IMG/VR virus record: IMGVR_UViG_3300030503_000155
DNA: 33,813 nucleotides
Strand: one strand, 5' to 3'
Source: a virus
This document shows positions 29,882 to 33,813 of the stretch, piece by piece. Positions within the stretch are counted from its first letter, which is position 1. Every line of letters starts with the position of its first letter. Both the position numbers and the translations under genes were made by a program. The notes below the pieces were generated by a model. That model searched no databases and had not been told where the DNA came from. It saw nothing but the letters and a program-made list of their open reading frames with translations.

Positions 29882-31774
29882 TTATTCTTTTAAACTATTA
29901 TATACGTTCTTTCCACCCAAAAAGGCGCTATAACCACCAATGGATGCAGCCGCCAAGTGTTTTAAAGTGTTAATACCTTTCTGTTTGCGAGCTTCTTTCA
30001 AATCTATTAAAGCATTTTGTTTTTTAATGGCCTCGTTTTTTTCAGCTAATAAAGCATTCTTTTTTTCTTTATGCATTCCTTTAGATTCTTTAGTTGCAGC
30101 AGTATATTTTTTTTGCGCAATAGAAGATAGCTTTGCTTTATGCTTATTTATCTCATTAGTTTGTCTTTGTATGTCGGCTATTAAATTTTTTTGTTGTTGA
30201 ATTTTTTCTTCATTTGCTTTGTGTTCATTGACTCTTTCATTTAATTGCGAAAAAGATTGTTCATGCTCTGGGTGTAAATAGGATGATAAACCCTTTTTTT
30301 CTAAAGATTTTTTAGCTGATGTCAAATCTTTCGCTGTGAACTCTTCAGGTAACTTATTCAACCCAATATATGAAATACGTCTTGCAGAATCAGGTCCTAT
30401 ATCATTCTTCACTTTCTGAATAGATTTTTCAGGATCCTTGAATATAGATTCAATATTAGTGCGTGATGGATATTGAATATCACCGTTAACAATTTTTCTT
30501 AAGTTATCTTCAGAATGATAAGGTTCAACTTCATTTTTCCAATTCTGGGTAGCTTTTTCATAATCTTCTGGAAATACTTTGTTAACTTTTCCCATAGCAG
30601 TTTTGCTATCATTTCTTATAGCTATGCGAGCTTTTGATGCCAAGGATAAATCTCTTTTTCCTGCATCATCTAAATTACCCATTTTATTTTGATATTTTAA
30701 ATCTCCAACCTTTCTACCTAATTCTGTTTGCAATTGATGCGCTTTTTGTACAGTTGGGTTTGATAATAATTCTTGGTGCAATTCGTTAAGATCAGAATTG
30801 CCGTAAGGTTTTTTACCTTCTCCTACCGTATCAATATATTCACCTTTGCGCTTAATTCCACGTAATGGATCTGGAAAGTTATATAATTTAATGTTGCCAA
30901 CTGTTCCTTGATTCCAAACAGGAACTTTAAATAATTTATTAAATTCGTTTGCGGCGCCTTCTTTTACAGTTTCATAAGAAGATTTCAGATCTTTAGCTAA
31001 TGTTGCAGCGGCTTCATGCGGTCTTTTACCTTGGCTAAAATCTTGCATGATATTTTGCGCGGTCACATCTGGATGTTCCATAGGTTTTTGTTCTAAAAAT
31101 CCAAGATCAGCAGGTGCTTGATCTTTTTCTAATTCTGAAAGATAAGGTGATTTAGGATAAATATTGGGATTAAATTCACCTGTCATTATGGCTTCGGGCA
31201 ACTTAGGTGTTTCTTTAAATAAGTTTTTAACTTTTCCTAATAAGCTTGAACCAAGAGCAGCAGTTCCACCAAGAGGCGTGATATTGCGTGCAACGCCTCT
31301 TGTGAATGCCTCACCTGGGTATTTTGGCTCACCAAAAATATTATGGATTGCTTGTGTTGTATCTTCAGGGGAAATATTAGATACAAAATTTGACACACCT
31401 TGAGGTAATAGATGCAATCTATTTGCACCATATTCAGCAATATTTTTAGGCATTTGAGCGATGCTGTTTATTAACTCATTGGTTCCTGCAAGAGCCTGCT
31501 TCCCAGCGCTTATTGGATGTTGCGGTACAAGATTTCTAAGATTAAATTGTGCAGGCAATTCTTGCAAAGCCTTATGATAATATTTTGGCAAAGCTTGATA
31601 TCCTGCTAAGGCTTTTTTTCCAACATCTTCGGAAATCCTGCCAGGCGCTTCTTTTATAGATGTCCATAAACTTTCATTTTCAGGAAAATCACCCGCTAAA
31701 AAATCACGTGGTGAATCCACCGTCATTGTCTGAGGTGACGCATTATCTTCGCTTAAAAAGTCTCTAGGCTGCAT
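29882..31774 (-). CDS. Internal virion / ejection protein (largest)
   Basis: 630 aa, with a K/E-rich coiled-coil C-terminus and a short hydrophobic end (AAASIGGYSAFLGG). It occupies the T7 gp16-equivalent position. The TAATG junction shares 1 nt with the upstream gene. Confidence 0.55.
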   Translation of the reverse strand: MQPRDFLSEDNASPQTMTVDSPRDFLAGDFPENESLWTSIKEAPGRISEDVGKKALAGYQALPKYYHKALQELPAQFNLRNLVPQHPISAGKQALAGTNELINSIAQMPKNIAEYGANRLHLLPQGVSNFVSNISPEDTTQAIHNIFGEPKYPGEAFTRGVARNITPLGGTAALGSSLLGKVKNLFKETPKLPEAIMTGEFNPNIYPKSPYLSELEKDQAPADLGFLEQKPMEHPDVTAQNIMQDFSQGKRPHEAAATLAKDLKSSYETVKEGAANEFNKLFKVPVWNQGTVGNIKLYNFPDPLRGIKRKGEYIDTVGEGKKPYGNSDLNELHQELLSNPTVQKAHQLQTELGRKVGDLKYQNKMGNLDDAGKRDLSLASKARIAIRNDSKTAMGKVNKVFPEDYEKATQNWKNEVEPYHSEDNLRKIVNGDIQYPSRTNIESIFKDPEKSIQKVKNDIGPDSARRISYIGLNKLPEEFTAKDLTSAKKSLEKKGLSSYLHPEHEQSFSQLNERVNEHKANEEKIQQQKNLIADIQRQTNEINKHKAKLSSIAQKKYTAATKESKGMHKEKKNALLAEKNEAIKKQNALIDLKEARKQKGINTLKHLAAASIGGYSAFLGGKNVYNSLKE

Positions 31775-33075
31775 TATAAATGACCCTTTGCTTTTAATCT
31801 TTTCATGACTTCTTTTCTTGATAAGTTGTGCGCTTTCATCATATATGCTATATCCATATCTCGCGCTCTTGGATGCAATTGCTCATCAATTCGTTGACGA
31901 ATTTCTTTTCCATCCATTTGTTTATCAGCTATTTCTAATGCTTTTTGTCTGTTTACATGTTGTTCAGTCATGATGTTTGATGCAAGACCTGACCTTTGCG
32001 TGGTTAATTCATTAAGTAAATGTGATGCCTGTATTTTTCCAAGCATTGTATGATAAGTATCATTGTCACTTACTTTCATTTCTTTAGCTGTATCAAGCTC
32101 ACCTTTCATTTTGGTTCCATTAAATGAATTTAATGTATCTTGTACAACCCTACCAGCAAGTGCCGTAAAATTACCAATTGCCTCTTGCTGCTCTGTATTT
32201 CCTATTTTGCTTAATGCTTTCATCTGCATATTTTGCCAAAATGGATTTTTTTCTTTAAATTCTTCAAAAACAGGCGATGTAGCCGTTGTAATTAATTCAT
32301 TAAATGTATTTTTTCTATTTAATCCTTCTTCATATTGCTTACCAAAATCTTCAATATCGTTAGCACGAATTTCACCTTGTTTCTCGCCTTCTTTGATGGT
32401 TCCTTTAAACTTTCCTGTATTTTCAGCATAGGTACTAGGCGCGCTATCAACTATTTTGTTTGCCGCATTATTCGCAATCTTTTCAGCTTCCTGCGGACTT
32501 GCAACAACGTTATTGCCATTCCTATCAAATGCCATTCCGGAATTTGCGCCTGAACCCTGTGCAACTGGCGCAGCATTAGGCGTTGTAACTTGTCCAATTG
32601 GATTTGCCATTTGATTTGACGGCATTTGTTGCATTGGATTGGATGCACTTTGTTGATTTGGTTGTGACCCACCAAATAAAGACTTTAATTTATTTAATGT
32701 TTGTTCCGCCATTGAGGTTTGCGGATTGTTTTGAGGCATAGATGCCATAATTTGATTAGTAAAATTATTCGATCCGCCACCAGCGCCAGCTTGAAATAAC
32801 TTATTCAACAATGCATTTCTGGTATCTTCATCTTTAATGTTTGGCAAAACGCCTTCTATTCCTAGCATTTTTGCAGTAAATTGAGGTCCCATTAAATTTG
32901 AATATGTACTTTTAGATGCAATATCAGCCAATGCTGTCGGCACAGCATAAGGCAAGAGCAAACTCTTCTTTCGAGTTTCAAGATTTTCATCAGTTAAAGC
33001 ATTGGCGTTGCGCATCCCTTGAATGATACGATCGCCAAGACTTTTGTGCTCAGGCAATGGAATTGAAGCAAACAT
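31774..33075 (-). CDS. Internal virion / ejection protein
   Basis: 433 aa with a Q/N/M-rich low-complexity centre. It occupies the T7 gp15-equivalent position. Confidence 0.55.
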   Translation of the reverse strand: MFASIPLPEHKSLGDRIIQGMRNANALTDENLETRKKSLLLPYAVPTALADIASKSTYSNLMGPQFTAKMLGIEGVLPNIKDEDTRNALLNKLFQAGAGGGSNNFTNQIMASMPQNNPQTSMAEQTLNKLKSLFGGSQPNQQSASNPMQQMPSNQMANPIGQVTTPNAAPVAQGSGANSGMAFDRNGNNVVASPQEAEKIANNAANKIVDSAPSTYAENTGKFKGTIKEGEKQGEIRANDIEDFGKQYEEGLNRKNTFNELITTATSPVFEEFKEKNPFWQNMQMKALSKIGNTEQQEAIGNFTALAGRVVQDTLNSFNGTKMKGELDTAKEMKVSDNDTYHTMLGKIQASHLLNELTTQRSGLASNIMTEQHVNRQKALEIADKQMDGKEIRQRIDEQLHPRARDMDIAYMMKAHNLSRKEVMKRLKAKGHL

Positions 33076-33088
33076 ATTTTATCACCTA

Positions 33089-33766
33089 TTAAAATCCAAA
33101 GAATTTTCCACCAGCACCAAATAATCCGCTTAATATACTGCTAAAATCTTGTTGTTTACCTTCATTAGCACCATATGCACCACCGCCCATCATTTGGGCA
33201 AGTTGTTGATATAAATTACCTTGACTACCAGCAGCCGATAATCCGTTGCCCATGAGACCAGATAATCCACTCATGTAATTTTGGTTTATCCCTGACATAT
33301 TATTGTAATAATTCTGCATATCGCCAGATGAAATATTCTGTGCATTTTGCTGTGCTGCTTGCATCATTGGCGTACTGCCAGCCATGCCAGTCGCGCTGCC
33401 CATATTGGTTGCAGCCTGCATACCTTCACGTTGTTGATTTTGCGCAAGGGGGGAAGCACCATATCCCGACATCATTTGCTTGTAGAATGCTGTTGGATCG
33501 GACATTTGACCCAAGCGTTGTTGAAATGGATTTATCGCACCTTGACCAGCTTGATTGTATGGTTGAAGGCCGCCAATACCTTGCTGCATGTATTTTTGGA
33601 ATTCTTTCATGGCATCTTCAAAGGAAGATCCGCCATTTCCGAACAATCCGCCAAATAACTGCGCTAGAGAGCTGCCCATTCCTGAACCGCCGGAACCGCC
33701 TGGACTGGAACCTAGCCCACCTTTGGCACTTAACGTTGCGTCTGCTGCTGAGTTAGAACTAAACAT
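33089..33766 (-). CDS. Gly/Gln/Met/Asn-rich internal virion protein
   Basis: 225 aa, extreme low complexity with FGGLFG-type ends (LFGGLFGNGG ... LSGLFGAGGKFFGF). It is the first gene after the nozzle and 90-aa genes across the circular junction. Its 5' end lies in the terminal repeat. Confidence 0.6.
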   Translation of the reverse strand: MFSSNSAADATLSAKGGLGSSPGGSGGSGMGSSLAQLFGGLFGNGGSSFEDAMKEFQKYMQQGIGGLQPYNQAGQGAINPFQQRLGQMSDPTAFYKQMMSGYGASPLAQNQQREGMQAATNMGSATGMAGSTPMMQAAQQNAQNISSGDMQNYYNNMSGINQNYMSGLSGLMGNGLSAAGSQGNLYQQLAQMMGGGAYGANEGKQQDFSSILSGLFGAGGKFFGF

Positions 33767-33813
33767 AATCTACTCATCCTTAAGTAGTGGTAAACGTTTT
33801 CCAAACACCGCCT
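33687..33813. repeat. Terminal direct repeat, copy 2 (identical to 1..127)
   Basis: See copy 1; the match is exact over 127 nt. Confidence 0.97.

Noticed and set aside
33328-33756. 142-aa and 103-aa plus-strand ORFs
   Set aside because: They are antisense shadows of the low-complexity internal virion gene.
1-33813. CRISPR arrays, rRNA genes, integrase/attP, transposases
   Set aside because: Reading both strands turned up no spaced direct-repeat arrays, no recombinase-like ORFs and no rRNA-like sequence.

Overview
This window is a complete tailed-phage genome with a podovirus-like tail module. Bases 1..127 are identical to 33687..33813, so the unique length is 33,686 bp and gene order wraps across the window ends.

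The minus strand carries one long morphogenesis operon. In transcription order it contains:
- terS, several tiny genes and an unannotated NrdR-like zinc-ribbon ORF;
- terL, then a ~2.2-kb insert of small accessory genes;
- a P22-like portal, scaffold and HK97-fold capsid;
- T7 gp11/gp12-like adaptor and nozzle;
- across the junction, three internal-virion (ejection) proteins, a collar-domain tail fibre, a spike-base-like protein plus fibre, a second long fibre, and a His-rich moron.

The plus strand carries two early operons of mostly tiny genes, 13565..15974 and 19516..24230. Recognisable products are a Sak4-like ATPase, a DUF669-type SSB ending DDDFPF, a KfrA-N-like protein and two RHH-like regulators.

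The two early operons are separated by a minus-strand block, 19209..15877. It holds two winged-helix proteins, a VRR-NUC nuclease, an intrinsic terminator, a GH24 endolysin, a lysis-associated protein and a WGR-domain protein.

I found no tRNA, rRNA, CRISPR array, integrase, DNA or RNA polymerase, or reverse transcriptase. Many genes are under 60 aa and missing from the supplied ORF track; I called those by hand from Shine-Dalgarno motifs and ATGA/TAATG start-stop overlaps. All homology statements rest on remembered family motifs, not on searches.

The most notable observations are:
- an ATP-cone-less NrdR zinc ribbon coupled to terL;
- a ~70-90 aa module inserted into three different tail proteins;
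- a stand-alone DUF2384 (antitoxin-type) domain inside an accessory island between terL and portal;
- one reading frame split by a single in-frame TAA;
- a WGR gene embedded antisense in the early operon;
- a palindromic divergent switch region with a candidate small RNA.
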